A program made the translations under genes and the position numbers. 64,000 bases of DNA from the human T2T-CHM13v2.0 reference genome, Homo sapiens. The stretch lies in assembly GCF_009914755.1 (NCBI RefSeq), contig NC_060931.1; one strand, given 5' to 3'. Of the stretch, positions 49,315 to 63,206 are shown one piece after another. Every line of letters begins with the position of its first letter. The first letter of the stretch is position 1. Below the pieces are notes generated by a model. The model searched no databases. It saw only the letters and a program-made list of their open reading frames with translations, and was not told the origin of the DNA.

Positions 49315-51135
49315 CCCTGAAAGACAATGATCTGCCACCAATTTCACTCCATCAAGGGAGCTGGCAGACTAAATCTTAACCTATCTTAGTGTATTTTACC
49401 TTAATCTCACTTCTCCTTCGGTCTCAAAATGTTGAACTGGTAAATGTTTTTTGCAATAATCCTAGAGAAGTATTCATTTGCCCAAAACTGAAGACAAAGA
49501 TAGGGAGGTAATTTCTGACTCAACATTCATTTTAATGACTTAATGACCATAACAATGTTAATAAAAAGTGCAATTACAAATCAAACACCAAGCATTTGAA
49601 AGGCTGCCCTGTGATGGGCAGTACTACTGAGGCGGCTTCCTTGGCAATAACACTGTGAGTGAAGTCCATGGGCCAGAAGGCACATACTCACTTTGCTGCA
49701 TGTTTTTTTACCACCCCAAATCCATAGATATCTTGGAGAAAGTTCTGAAAGCAAAAGTGGTTTACTTTTTCTCTTACTGCTGTCAGAGATTATATTAAAA
49801 TTTTAGCAATGTTTACATGAAGATATATAAAACCACATTTTACTTTAACCATTGGTATTACATTTGAATTTAAAGAAACACAGACTAAATGACAAACTAC
49901 CTCTGCCATCCTGAGAACAGACAGGCTTTATCTCATAAGAAAACAGCAGCATGGGTTCTAACTATTCCAACCTTTTCAAAGATTCTTTCCAATTTTTTTC
50001 ATAGACTCATTTATAAAAAGAAAAATGAAAACAAAACCAAAAACTGTCTATTTTTTATTTCTACTGTCCTTCAAATACAAAAATAGCATAAAATGAAAAC
50101 AGGTTTTCAGAATAGATTTTTATGAGAAAAAACATACAGAAAATCTATGCGGGAATAAAAGTATGTTTTTTATAGTCTCACTCAATGCACAATGCAGTTA
50201 TCGTGTACATAAAACCAAAGCCTATAAAAATAAATCACCTTGCAGGACTACATGGCAAGATATTACTATCTCACAGAAGTATTCCTAGGCAAGTAATGGA
50301 GTACAGTTAGTGAAGAAGTGGGAATGAATTCCCAATAATGACTGATTAGACTTAACGGAAAAACTGTGTAGGTTACACCAGTCCTCATTTCACCTAATTC
50401 CTCTGCCATAAAATGCCTGTTTTTAGAGGCATTTTATGTGTAAAAATGAGGGAACACATTCTGGCTTCACTGAGCAAGTTCATCACAGAACATTAAAGTG
50501 GGTTCTGCAAGATGTTAATAAGTGCTACATTATATAAGTGTTTTCATAGTCAGATCAAATTTGAGGAAAACTAGGGTCAACAAAGTTAGACAGGCATATT
50601 TATTTTTCCCTTTAGGACTTCTCAGACCCTTTAATAAGCTGATGACATTATATAAGTTAAAAAAATTCAGTATTCAGTATTTCACAGGCTTTTTTTTTGT
50701 AGCACCTTCTGGAATAACGCTCTGAAGCATTCTGCACTTTGGAAAATGCCAATTTATACAGAGCCTTCATTAACTTATAGGAAACTCAGCTCTGAAAAAT
50801 TCATTTATGCTAACAGAAATTAGAATTTTAAGAGACAAACACAGAATTTTTGAATCAAATATGTTTAGGAAGGCTAGCAGAACAAAATGAAACACAACAA
50901 ACTTCTTAATTACTTATATTAAAAGAGACCAGAATCTGTTTATGGTAGGTGAGGAGGTCATATGTGGGGTTGGGAAGGTCTGGGGACAATTCACAACTTC
51001 TGTGATTCTTGGATTCAAATCTGGCTTTGATATCTTTCTGATTCAGACAGCAATAAATCACAACAACATAGAAACCTCTTGGCATTTCTCCTCTCTGTTC
51101 CTTGCCCCTACTGCACTGACAAGTGTTATACCTAC

Positions 51136-51196
51136 CGATTCGGATAATGTGCACGGTGATATAAATGTCCTTTCTTAGCTCACTGCTGCCCAAATC
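51136..51196 (-). CDS. DOCK4: DOCK4 coding exon (probable exon 10), 61 nt, DLGSSELRKDIYITVHIIRI(G)
   Basis: tttgtag|GAT TTG GGC...CGA ATC G|gtaggt. ORF-track 50906..51193 shows GSSELRKDIYITVHIIRIG. Phase 0 to 1. Confidence 0.96.
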
Positions 51197-51448
51197 CTAC
51201 AAACAAAGAAAGTTTGGTTATTTTGGAAGACATGAGCGGCACTTAAAGGGCATAGCACTTTATTTTCACAAATAAAAGAAGAAAGAGATGGACACAGACA
51301 TTCTTAATGGAATGTTTGTAGCAGAAGTACATGATTTAAATCCTGTTCTAAAAATATCATTACAATCAACCTTAGGTCAATTGATACCAAGTAATACTTT
51401 AAAGAAGAGAGCACTGTTGATTCAATCTCTCACTCATTCATTCTTTAA

Positions 51449-51856
<408 letters not shown>

Positions 51857-52041
51857 TAAAGGAATGAAAGTAATCCTGGGAGGTGATATTCAGAATTCTG
51901 GGCACTAATGTAATTTGTGTGTTATTTACATAAAGTTTAAAAGCAAATTCACTATGTTCTCTCACAGTAATTTATTTCTCCTAAATAGTATGAATCATAA
52001 CTGGATGAATCTGCCTTATGAATGAAACAAGATCCACTCAC

Positions 52042-52123
52042 CACAAAGAGGGAGCAATGTCGTTCCGGTTTATCAGGGGCTTTGGGAAGCCCGTTTCTAT
52101 TCAGCCTCAAGAAAAATCTCTCA
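52042..52123 (-). CDS. DOCK4: DOCK4 coding exon (probable exon 9), 82 nt, (S)ERFFLRLNRNGLPKAPDKPERHCSLFV
   Basis: Minus strand reads cttgtag|T GAG AGA TTT TTC...CTC TTT GTG|gtgagt. Translation matches recalled DOCK4 protein. Phase 2 in, phase 0 out. Confidence 0.96.
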
Positions 52124-52701
52124 CTACAAGAGAAAAAATGTTTAACAATTTGAAAATTATTTAATAGTTAAAGATTTATCCCTCTGTAACTACTCTTCAT
52201 CACAACAGGTAAGCTAAATATTAGGTTGTTCATTTAACATCAACATTGCTTATATAAATTAGGAGAGCTCCGAAGACAACAAATATTTGCTTCACTTCTG
52301 TTAAAACTGGCAAAGCAGCAACTACAAAAGCAGAAAGCACCTATATACAAACAGACATTAACTTTTGAAAGACTTGAATACAATTTTATATCAGTAATAT
52401 CATTATTCCAAGAGGTAGAAATAAATGCACTAAAAGAGAAAAATATGACATAACATGTTTCATGTGTCTGTAACTAAGATTTCTTTTTCATGTTTTATGT
52501 CACATTACTTAATTAACATTAAAGATATTTTGAGTGCTAACTATCTATTAGAAGGCTTCATATTTTATGGTCTTATAAGTCTCCAATCTGTAACACAAGT
52601 AGAGATTTCAAAAATGAAACTTAAATTTTCTTTGGTCAACAAACGAACAGAAGATCTCAAACTACCCCCACTAAACTTGCATTTGAAAATACAGTGCCAC
52701 C

Positions 52702-52809
52702 GGGAGCTGCGGTGGCTCAGAACTGTTGTCCTTGCACATAAGGAGGCGAGGCTAGGCGTTTGAGGCCAGCCTGGGCAACATAGAAACCTCTCACCTATAT
52801 AACCAAAAA
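52702..52809 (+). mobile_element. Alu-monomer-derived retrocopy with an internal deletion, ASR/CAS (snaR-lineage)-like
   Basis: GGGAGCTGCGGTGGCTCAG...GGAGGCGAGGCTAGGCGTTTGAGGCCAGCCTGGGCAACATAG, with about 18-19 nt missing relative to FLAM-C. Perfect 17-bp TSD gaaaatacagtgccacc at 52685-52701 and 52810-52826. Confidence 0.7.
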
Positions 52810-52870
52810 GAAAATACAGTGCCACCTAGATTTAATGAAAACACAAATAATGCTGTTGATCAGCCACTAA

Positions 52871-53206
<336 letters not shown>

Positions 53207-53996
53207 ATGGATGCCATTTAGATCCAAGGTAATGTGTGACACTATTTATGTTCAGCAAAATAAAACAAATATAAACCCACAAAAAATTAATCTACCAGCT
53301 ACTGTGAGCTTCAAATTTTAACTGAATTTCAATATCCTGGTATCAATGACAGAATTAAATAGTTGGCTGTCTCAGGCAATGAGCACACAACCAACATCTA
53401 CAGAATGTAAAATGCTGTAGCTTTGGTCAGTGTAGCTTCAGTCTAGGGAACAAGCAGGGAAATGGAGAGCAGGACATTAATAAAAGGCTTAGAACCAAGG
53501 AAGCCTCTATGTTATCACCCGATCCTTGCCTTAAATAATGGTTCTGTCATTCAAATACATATAAGAGGAGATATGAGAACCATAAACAGATCTCTAAGGA
53601 AGCACATGAATTTGAATTTATGGCTGTTTTGGAACACTTATTCTCTTTGGTGATCTAAGTCTAGATAGATACGTTTAACAGAATCAACTACCTGGCTTAT
53701 CTCATCTTTTACTTATGTCTATTGCTGACTTCTCATATGAGAAAGGGCAGCCAATACATATTTCTATGGGGTCATTTTCACTCTTATTACCTATATTTTT
53801 TCCCAGAAAACAGATGGCCAATAAGGCATGCATGAAGAGAATAAAAATTGCTGTAAGTATCCTCAATTGAAGCTAAAGTTCACATGTGATATTATTCCAA
53901 ACTGGAGGCTGGGAATGACACCTACTACTGAGGGTGCAGAGATAAATTAATGTTATCCAATTGTCATTTACTATAATTCAAGGAAAATGACTATAA

Positions 53997-54351
<355 letters not shown>

Positions 54352-54891
54352 ACTATTTCAAATTTAAAAACAATGAAAAGGAAATGTGCAAGAATTCATC
54401 TTGGGACAAAGGAATTATACTTTAACCATATTATTAGGTAATACATTTTTGGGAATTTACCATTTGACAGGTACTCTGCCAAGGACTTTACATAAATTAT
54501 CTCATTTTATCCTCACTATGCCTTTAGGAAATAGGTACTATTATAATGACCATTTTACATATGGGAAAACTGCGAAATAGTAAATAGTTTTACTCAAGGT
54601 CACAGAGATGATGTGTGGCTGAGCAAGGATTCTATTCCATGTATTAATTCAAAACCCTAGCACTCCATTAGAATGCTATAAGGTAACTTTCTCTTCTTCT
54701 CTATAGAAATATCGAGTAAATATTTCCAGAATACTGAGATAAAGGAAAAGCCATCATTTGCCTGACCCACTCAGCAGTCAAGCCTGATCCCAAGAGTTCA
54801 AGGTAACTTTCTCCATACCCTTCCTGGGTTAAGAGGAATGAAAGAGGTGAGAATCCTGATTTAGCAGGTTTCAAAGAGGTCTTTGGTTTGA

Positions 54892-55207
<316 letters not shown>

Positions 55208-56238
55208 GTAGTTTTCTTTAACGAAACATGCTTAGAAAAAAAAAAAAAGACTTGAGAAACAAATTATTTTATTAAACAAACACAAAACACAAAACTCCAA
55301 AAAGATTTAAGAACTCAGCTTTACTTAGTCGAAACTGCTAAGGTTTAAGGATGATATTTAGTCTGTTTCTTAGTAATCAGTTACCTACTAATGTATTTAT
55401 TGATTACATTTTAGCACAAAACATAAGCAATGTGAGCATTTTCCCTTCTCCTATATCATGGACAGCATGTTCTACTTTATATTTTTTGAGATGTAATGAG
55501 GTTTGAAGCTCCTCATTACCTCTACAGAAACATTCAAAGCAAATTTCACATTATCTTGGTCAGTCTAAAAAGATGGACACCAATAAGATTAAAATACAGA
55601 AGTCAATAGGGCATTTTCAATATTAAAACCTTAACTTTAACACTGACATAAAATCCAATTCCATATCTGTACATTTCATCAAAATTCTGGAAAACAATGT
55701 TTCCTAAAGTATTCTATTGCAGAAACAGATCCTTTTTGCTCTGTCACTATTTTAATTTCACTAGTTTACACAGAATCCTGATTATGCAAGTATTATACTA
55801 TATCATATCCTGTTTCAGAAAGAATATCAATATGTCCTAAGCCAATGACATATACCTTAGCTTAAGCATGCCTTAAGGGGAAGATACAAACAGACTGAAA
55901 ATGGGTACTATGGAGAAATAAGTCATGTACAGTTCTTTTAAAAGCCAGACTTCTTTTAAAAGAAAAAAGAAAAAAAAAAGGAAAACATCTATGGCCAATA
56001 AAAAAAATTCTTTTTATTCATTTGATGACATGCTATTGTTATGCCAACTCAAATCAATTTATCTTCTGCTTTAGTGATACAGCCACTAATCACTCAGCAA
56101 ATGGTTTTGGACAAAAAAAGACCTATATTAACGTATTTTGGAATCTTTGGATTATTATTACTCACCCACACTGAAATGTTTGGAGAATATCAGAAGGTAT
56201 GCCTTCAACGCCCAGAAAAAAACTGAACAAGTCAATAA

Positions 56239-56634
<396 letters not shown>

Positions 56635-57850
56635 TGACAGTCTATTCTAAGTCTGTTCTATCGCAACTCTGTGGTAAGTATGATCAGATGACAAAATTAG
56701 TTTTTGTAAACTTAAAAAATGTCCTTCCAAGATATGCATACCTCCATTACATACATCATTTAGACTTTTTTCCTAAGTGGAAGAGAAGTTTATATGTTTC
56801 TTTCCTATTACATGGTGAGCAACTAGAATACAGGCCCATGAGTATTAACCTTTTTGTATCTTCAACTCCTAGTGAATGATTTGGTATTCTTAGATGTTTG
56901 ATAAGACTAACCAAATACAATCTTTTAGGACAAAATAGAATAACACTCAAATAACTGGAAAGTTTTAATTCTCTCCAAACTTTCCCATTATGTCCTTTAC
57001 TTTATGGTAGGGAAATGTATGAAACTCTGCAAAAAGATATTTCAATCCATGATGCCTCACGACCTGACTCGAGATTCTCATATTAACTTCGTGGCACCCC
57101 AGATTCCAGATTATTCCATTTAATGCTGTCCTCATGAACATTTTATATCTTTATTATATTCAACATACAGTAATAAAAAACTATACTGATATGTTTTCAA
57201 ATGAGAATACTGTCTTCCTCTTCTTACAGAATGAATAAGCAAATAGAACATTTCTAGAAACACTGAGAAATGAGAGTTGGTATTATTAACAGCAGAGAAA
57301 ACTCATTATTTGACTTCCCCATATACTGCCATGTTCTTCCAGAGGCAATCTCTCCGCAGGAGAAATTTAGTGTCCACCTGAATTCCATGTATGAGTCATT
57401 ATAAATCATGATACTATAAATCAAAAATGACTATTTCTTTGGAAATAAAGAAAAACAAACCACAATTATTTATTATTTATAACCTTTCTTCTTCCAACAA
57501 TGATTTGATGAAATCAGGATAATGAAATAAGAACATAAATAAGCATTCCTGGAAAAAATCATAAAGGCAAATGTGTACCCTGTGCCAGACCCTATGACTT
57601 ATGCCTTACATAGCTCTTCTCATTTAATTCTCCTCACCACAGTAGGAGGTGGAAACCACTGTTGTGCCCATTTGTCATCCCAGTGAGAAAGCAGAAGCTA
57701 GGAGATATTAGATAAGTTGGCCAAAGTTGTGTGGTCAGTCAAGGATGGGGCCAGGATATTAAATTCCAGAGTCTGATTTGAGAGTCTCACCTTTTAACCA
57801 AAATGCAACCCTCTCTTTGAAAGAACAGGGCACCTCAGAGCACCAAAGAA

Positions 57851-58208
<358 letters not shown>

Positions 58209-58301
58209 ATGGACAAAGAAGAGCAAAACTAACTATGTCACACAAACCAAGAGTTTTTGTGTGAATATTCTTAATAAAATTAAAACATAATAATTACAAA
58301 T

Positions 58302-58433
58302 GGCCAAGCACAGTGTCACACTCCTGTTGTCCCAGCTACTCAGGAGGTTGAGGCAGGAGGATTACTTGAGCCTAGAGGTCAAGTTCAGTCTGGGCAAGAT
58401 AGCAAAGTCCCTGTCTGCGAAAAAAAAAAAAAA
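58302..58433 (+). mobile_element. FLAM-A/FAM-like Alu monomer
   Basis: ggccaagcacagtg...gtcccagctactcaggagg...gtctgggcaagatagc, poly(A). Confidence 0.8.
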
Positions 58434-59271
58434 TCAACCAAATAAATGAATAAACAAACAAAACTGCATGAAGCCAAATGAAAAAAACAAAAAGCCACAA
58501 CATATCTGTGTTTATGGAAATTACACCTGTGACCAACTGCTCAGTTGAACTACTGATATTCTGATGTACTCAAAAAGACCTCTAATGATGACAAGTGTGT
58601 TTCACAGCATAGTGTGGTAGAAATGTTCTTCCTGGTCATGCAAATAATATAGGAGGCACAGTAGGGATCTGAAGGTCCTGATGGCTTCTCTTCTGTTTCT
58701 CAGTAGGATGCTTCTGTCCTCTGTGCCTCCTTGTAAACCACTCAGTAGAAGTAACCCTTCAGTTGGGAAGGCCAATATCAAAAATTTTGACATTTTACAT
58801 GAAATATATTTTTATATTTCACATAAAAATTGTTCTATCTTTCTGCATGGATTTATATTTATCACTTTTATAGTTCACCTCACATAAGAAGTAAAACTGT
58901 CTAGTGATTCAATGAGCATGAAAGTTACACAACATGTACTTTTATCCAAAAATATATGACTGGGTAATATCTTCGGTTGAAACATGTTGTGAGAAAGATT
59001 AGCAAGCTAATCAATCCACAAAAAATTACAAAGAACGCTTGTAAAATAATTTTCAACAGTTAAATATCATTGAAATAGATTTATGGTCTCCAAGAAGAAC
59101 AATAACAACAGAGAACACATTTAGACGGTCATGTTCTATTAAACTAATTGGAAAAACAACTGTCATTTTTTTTATACTCAAACCAATTTTACAAAAACAA
59201 AAACAAAAACAAAAATCCCATGTAGCATATCTGAAAAAGCAGTCATTTGTCTTAAATTGAACTATGCTAAT

Positions 59272-59548
59272 CTGGGCACAGTGACTCACGCCTGAAATCC
59301 CAGCACTTTGGGAGGCAGAAACAGGCAGATCACTTGAGCCTCGGAGTTCAAGATCAGCCTGGGCAACAGGGTGAAACCTTGTCTCTACAAAAAATTTAAA
59401 AAATTAGCCCGGTGGGGTGGTGCATGCCTGTGATCCCAAGTACTCAGGAGACACAGGTGGGAGGATCACTTGAGCCCAGGAGGCAGAGGTTGCAATGAGC
59501 TGATATCTGGGATAACAGAATGAGACCTTGTCTTAAAAAAAAAAAAAA
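59272..59548 (+). mobile_element. AluJb-like
   Basis: TSD aatt(g)aacta(t/c)gct. Confidence 0.9.
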
Positions 59549-59839
59549 TTAACTACGCTGTTTGAAGAGTGTGAGGATAACAATTAATACCCATTCTACA
59601 CTGAGTAGGTGTGAAGGGAGACACACCAGAAGCTAAGGGGTGGTAAGATGGACGAAGGAATAATGAGAAGAGCTAAGAGGATGGTTCCAGGGTGCAGTGC
59701 TGACCCTAGAGCCTCTCCCTAAAAGGCAATAGAATACAAACGTAAGGTGATCTGAATTGTTTCTATTTCACTGCTTCTCCTGCATTCTGTCAAATGTTTT
59801 CTGATTGCCTAACAGTGTAAGATATGTCCAATAATCTGC

Positions 59840-60506
59840 TGTGGGAGACCAGAATACGGCACCCCAAAATATACTTCTTTGGCATAAGAATTGTTGAGCT
59901 AAAGGCAATTAAGAAGTAGGTGCTGTAAAGCTCTCTGCCTTCCCTCTAATTGCCTAAAGGCAATGCATAGATTTACAAAAACAAAAAGAATCTTGCCTCT
60001 CTTAGACCATGTAAGTACTAACAGGCCTGGCCTTGCTTAGTTTCTGAGATCAAACAAGATCAGGCACATTCAGGGTGGCATGGTCATGGGCCTGCCCCTT
60101 CTTCTACCAGGGAGAACAAAGGTTAACCACAGATGACAATTTTAAACGTTACAGGCCTGGAGATGGCACCAGAGGTATCCCTACCAACACTCTTTATCAA
60201 CTAGCCTTTGTCTGCCAGTTATTTGCCTTCCTAGAAGTTGCCTCCCTAGAGACTTCAAGTCCTGTTTGGTCTTGTCATTTCTCCAAAATGTACTGTTCTT
60301 TCTTGAAGACACTATATAAGCTGGAATTCAAAGCCACCTCTTTGAGAATTTCTCATTCCCTATGTATTAATATATCTCATTTACGTATGAAATATACATG
60401 TTAGTAAACTTCTGTTTTTCTCTTTTTAATTTGTCTTTTGATAAAGAGGACCATTCCAACTAAGAATGTATGAGTGTTAAAGAAAAAATTATTTTCCTTC
60501 CCAAAA
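59840..60506 (+). mobile_element. ERV1 solo LTR, MER39/MER34-like, host of the 5S pseudogene
   Basis: Starts tgtgggagaccagaata...caccccaaaatat...tttggcataag. Ends with an aataaa-like signal and attttccttccc. Confidence 0.65.
60007..60091 (-). pseudogene. 5S rRNA retropseudogene, 3'-truncated (RNA5SP class)
   Basis: Reverse complement GCCCATGACCATGCCACCCTGAATGTGCCTGATCTTGTTTGATCTCAGAAACTAAGCAAGGCCAGGCCTGTTAGTACTTACATGG aligns by hand to 5S rRNA nt 1-86 at about 79%, with many CpG transitions. No poly(A). Confidence 0.92.
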
Positions 60507-60797
60507 CTGTGAAGAGAGCTGTTACTGTGGTCTCGCCTAGAATAACAAAGGACAATTCAGAAAAGCTCAGGCCGCACTATAAATTGCTCTATTTATGCCC
60601 CCAAGAAACCAGTGCTACCTCTGTCCAGGCAAGATACTTTGGGAAGCAGCTGGAAGGTGTGCTGGCAGTTCTGCAGTGGCCGCTGGACTACGGGGCTTTG
60701 GTGCTTATGATGGCAGAGATGAAGGACATTCGAATAGATGCCCTATGTACAGGGAATGATCAGTGGTAAACAGAAGAGACCCAAGGGCCTTCTAATT

Positions 60798-61331
60798 CAG
60801 TGGTTCCCAACTGAAAGATTCTCCCCAGGGCCTGAAAGCTTAAGGGAATGAATAACTCCTCCCTCCTCAGGCCCAGTCCCAAGGCGCAAGACCCAGCAGC
60901 GTGCGTCAGCAAGATAGCAGAAGCAGGAAGAGAGGTGGCCGGAAGACACATACCCCCTGAAGATGGAGAGGGAGACTGTCCGGGTACTACGTAGCTGTCA
61001 TGTCAGACTGGGACACTTCCTGTTTACAGAGGGCTATAAAACCCCTGCCCCGTCCTCACATGGGGCTGATGCCATTTTAGGCCTCGGCCTGTCTGCACCC
61101 AGGCGCTCATTAAAACAGGGTACTGCTCCACACTGCCTTGTGTTGTTTGTTGGCGTGCTCTCAGGGTTCGAACCGATACAAAGAGCCTCGCACCAACCTG
61201 ATTGTGTACAATATTCTCCTGGTGAGCTGTATAAAGCCCAGGCCCCACCCTGGAGATCCTGATTGACTGGGTCAGGATGGACCTAAAAGCTTCCTGTTTG
61301 TTTAAAGCCCAGCCATGTTAAAGGACCACTG
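60798..61331. mobile_element. MER5-family hAT-Charlie MITE interrupted by the LTR
   Basis: Terminal inverted repeats cagtggtt...accactg and internal aggccccaccc...gagatcctgatt. Confidence 0.7.
60812..61192 (+). mobile_element. Solo ERV1 LTR, MER48-like, inserted in a MER5
   Basis: TG...CA ends, 5-bp TSD ccaac (60807-60811 and 61193-61197), TATAAAA at about 61035, ATTAAA at about 61109, many retained CpGs. Family name is recalled. Confidence 0.75.
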
Positions 61332-62769
61332 TTTTTACCCAAAAGCCCTAGTCTTAATTAATCAGAATTGCTGACTGTTTTATGATAGTCATGTATACCA
61401 GAAAACAGGCAATGTACGCCTGGTATCTTAGGGTCGAAGACTTTTCCCCTCTTCCTCCCAACCACATGAGAACACAAATGACAGAGTTTTTCCTTGGCAA
61501 TAAATGAAAGCAACTTCTCAAGCAAGTCTTCCTAGATAAGATTATTAATGTGCTTTCTAATTTTAAAACTAAAGCAAAGTTAGAGTCATGAGCTCTTCTG
61601 ATTAAAGGGAAATGGAAAGAGGAAGATCTCTGATACAACTGTTTCCAGAGTTTACTTAAAGAGGAGATAGATGATGTTTTCTTTTAAAAATATTAATGCT
61701 CAAGCCCATATTCACCTTACAAATAATTGAGTGTTGAGGACTATGCAGCCAAATGATGTGATGGCTTTGTTGGCACATAAAGAATTTGGGTTTAGTTGAA
61801 TGACACAACAGGAGACATATTTTTAAACTATAGCCAATTCCATTGCCAATTTTGAATAACAAGCCAATTCTTTCTTACTAGTCAGGATGATTATTGTGTA
61901 CAATATTCTCCGTCACGCTATTTGTCTTTGCAGAAAAATAAAGATATCTGAAACAAATATCTCTGTTTTTAGGAAAGGTAAAATTTTAGGAAAGAGTTTT
62001 TAGGAAGGTAAAATTCAATAAAAAAGGAATATAATACTCTTTAAAATTATAAATAATGTTCAGATCAGCTGCTGTTTCACATCTTCTGTGCTGTTACCAG
62101 ATTAAGCAATTGGTGAATTAAAGAAATGATTTTGACTGACTGTTGATTTAAGAAAAACAGCTGTGACTTTAAGTTCAGAAGACTTGAGACCTTAGAAATC
62201 TTGAAGTTCGTTTCAAGTAAAATCCTTAGAAAAAGGCCTGCTGTATAACTAAACTGAGAAAAATACTTGCTTGAGTCTCTCTCTGGAGAACTCATTAAGA
62301 ATTTCACTAAAAAATGAGTTCCTTAGAGAAGTAACCAAAAGTAGGCACAGAGAGGATCTGGTCAACACAAACAGGGACCATGAAATGAGAAAGCCTCTAT
62401 GTAGGCAGAATGCGTTCTGCTTATCATTCTGGGAATTTATATCATTTGATCATTGTAAACACTGTATCTTTGACATTTCGTGAGAAAAGAATCACTCTGA
62501 TCTATATTCAGAAATTATTCTGACCTTTCTAACATCTTTTCATTAGGAATGTCTATAATAAGGAAAGTTAAAGTAAAGTAAACCTGAGCTCTTTATAAGT
62601 ACTCTGAGTTGAAGCATGCAGTTTCTTAAAAAGGCAGAAAAGCCATAAATAAACACAGAATAAGTATAAAAATCCATGTCATTCAAGCCCTGCAAAAACA
62701 GTAAGTATAATAAATCGTTCATGCATTTACTATCTTAGAGAGATTTTCTTTTTTTCATGAAATTATGTC

Positions 62770-63206
62770 TGTGAAAGGAAAATAAAAACTTGGGACCCCC
62801 AATTCACTCTGCCAAAGGGAAGAAGATTAAGCTGAAAGCTGAGTCACGCAAGAAGCTGCCTTTCCTTTTGCTCCTAAGCAGAGAGCTACAGATAAGAGGT
62901 TAAATATCTCCACAGGTAGTTACTCTATGTTCACCTTATTGTCTGTAAAGTGTTCATTTACTGAGCGTGAGATGAATACATAATTGACTATTCCCCTATC
63001 TATTTCTTTTCTCTTGCAACATGTGGATTCAGTAATGTGACCACCTTCTTCTTTCCCCTCCAGCCTGCCTTTTCCCTTTAAATATGAAGTCTCAATATTC
63101 TCATCTTCAGAGAAAGGCACAGACCTGTCTCCTAGGTGCATGCCCTTAACCTTGGCAAAATAAACTAAATTGACTGAGATCTGTTTCAGATACATTTTGC
63201 TTTACA
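62770..63206 (+). mobile_element. MER4-family (MER4A1-like) solo LTR
   Basis: tgtgaaaggaaaataaaaacttgggacccc...aagctgaaagctgagtca...tttaca. Confidence 0.8.

Noticed and set aside
59841-59935. tgggagacc...gaatac and ggtgctgta resembling the missing 3' end of 5S rRNA
   Set aside because: These are on the opposite strand, non-contiguous, and fall in ordinary LTR 5' sequence, so most likely coincidence.
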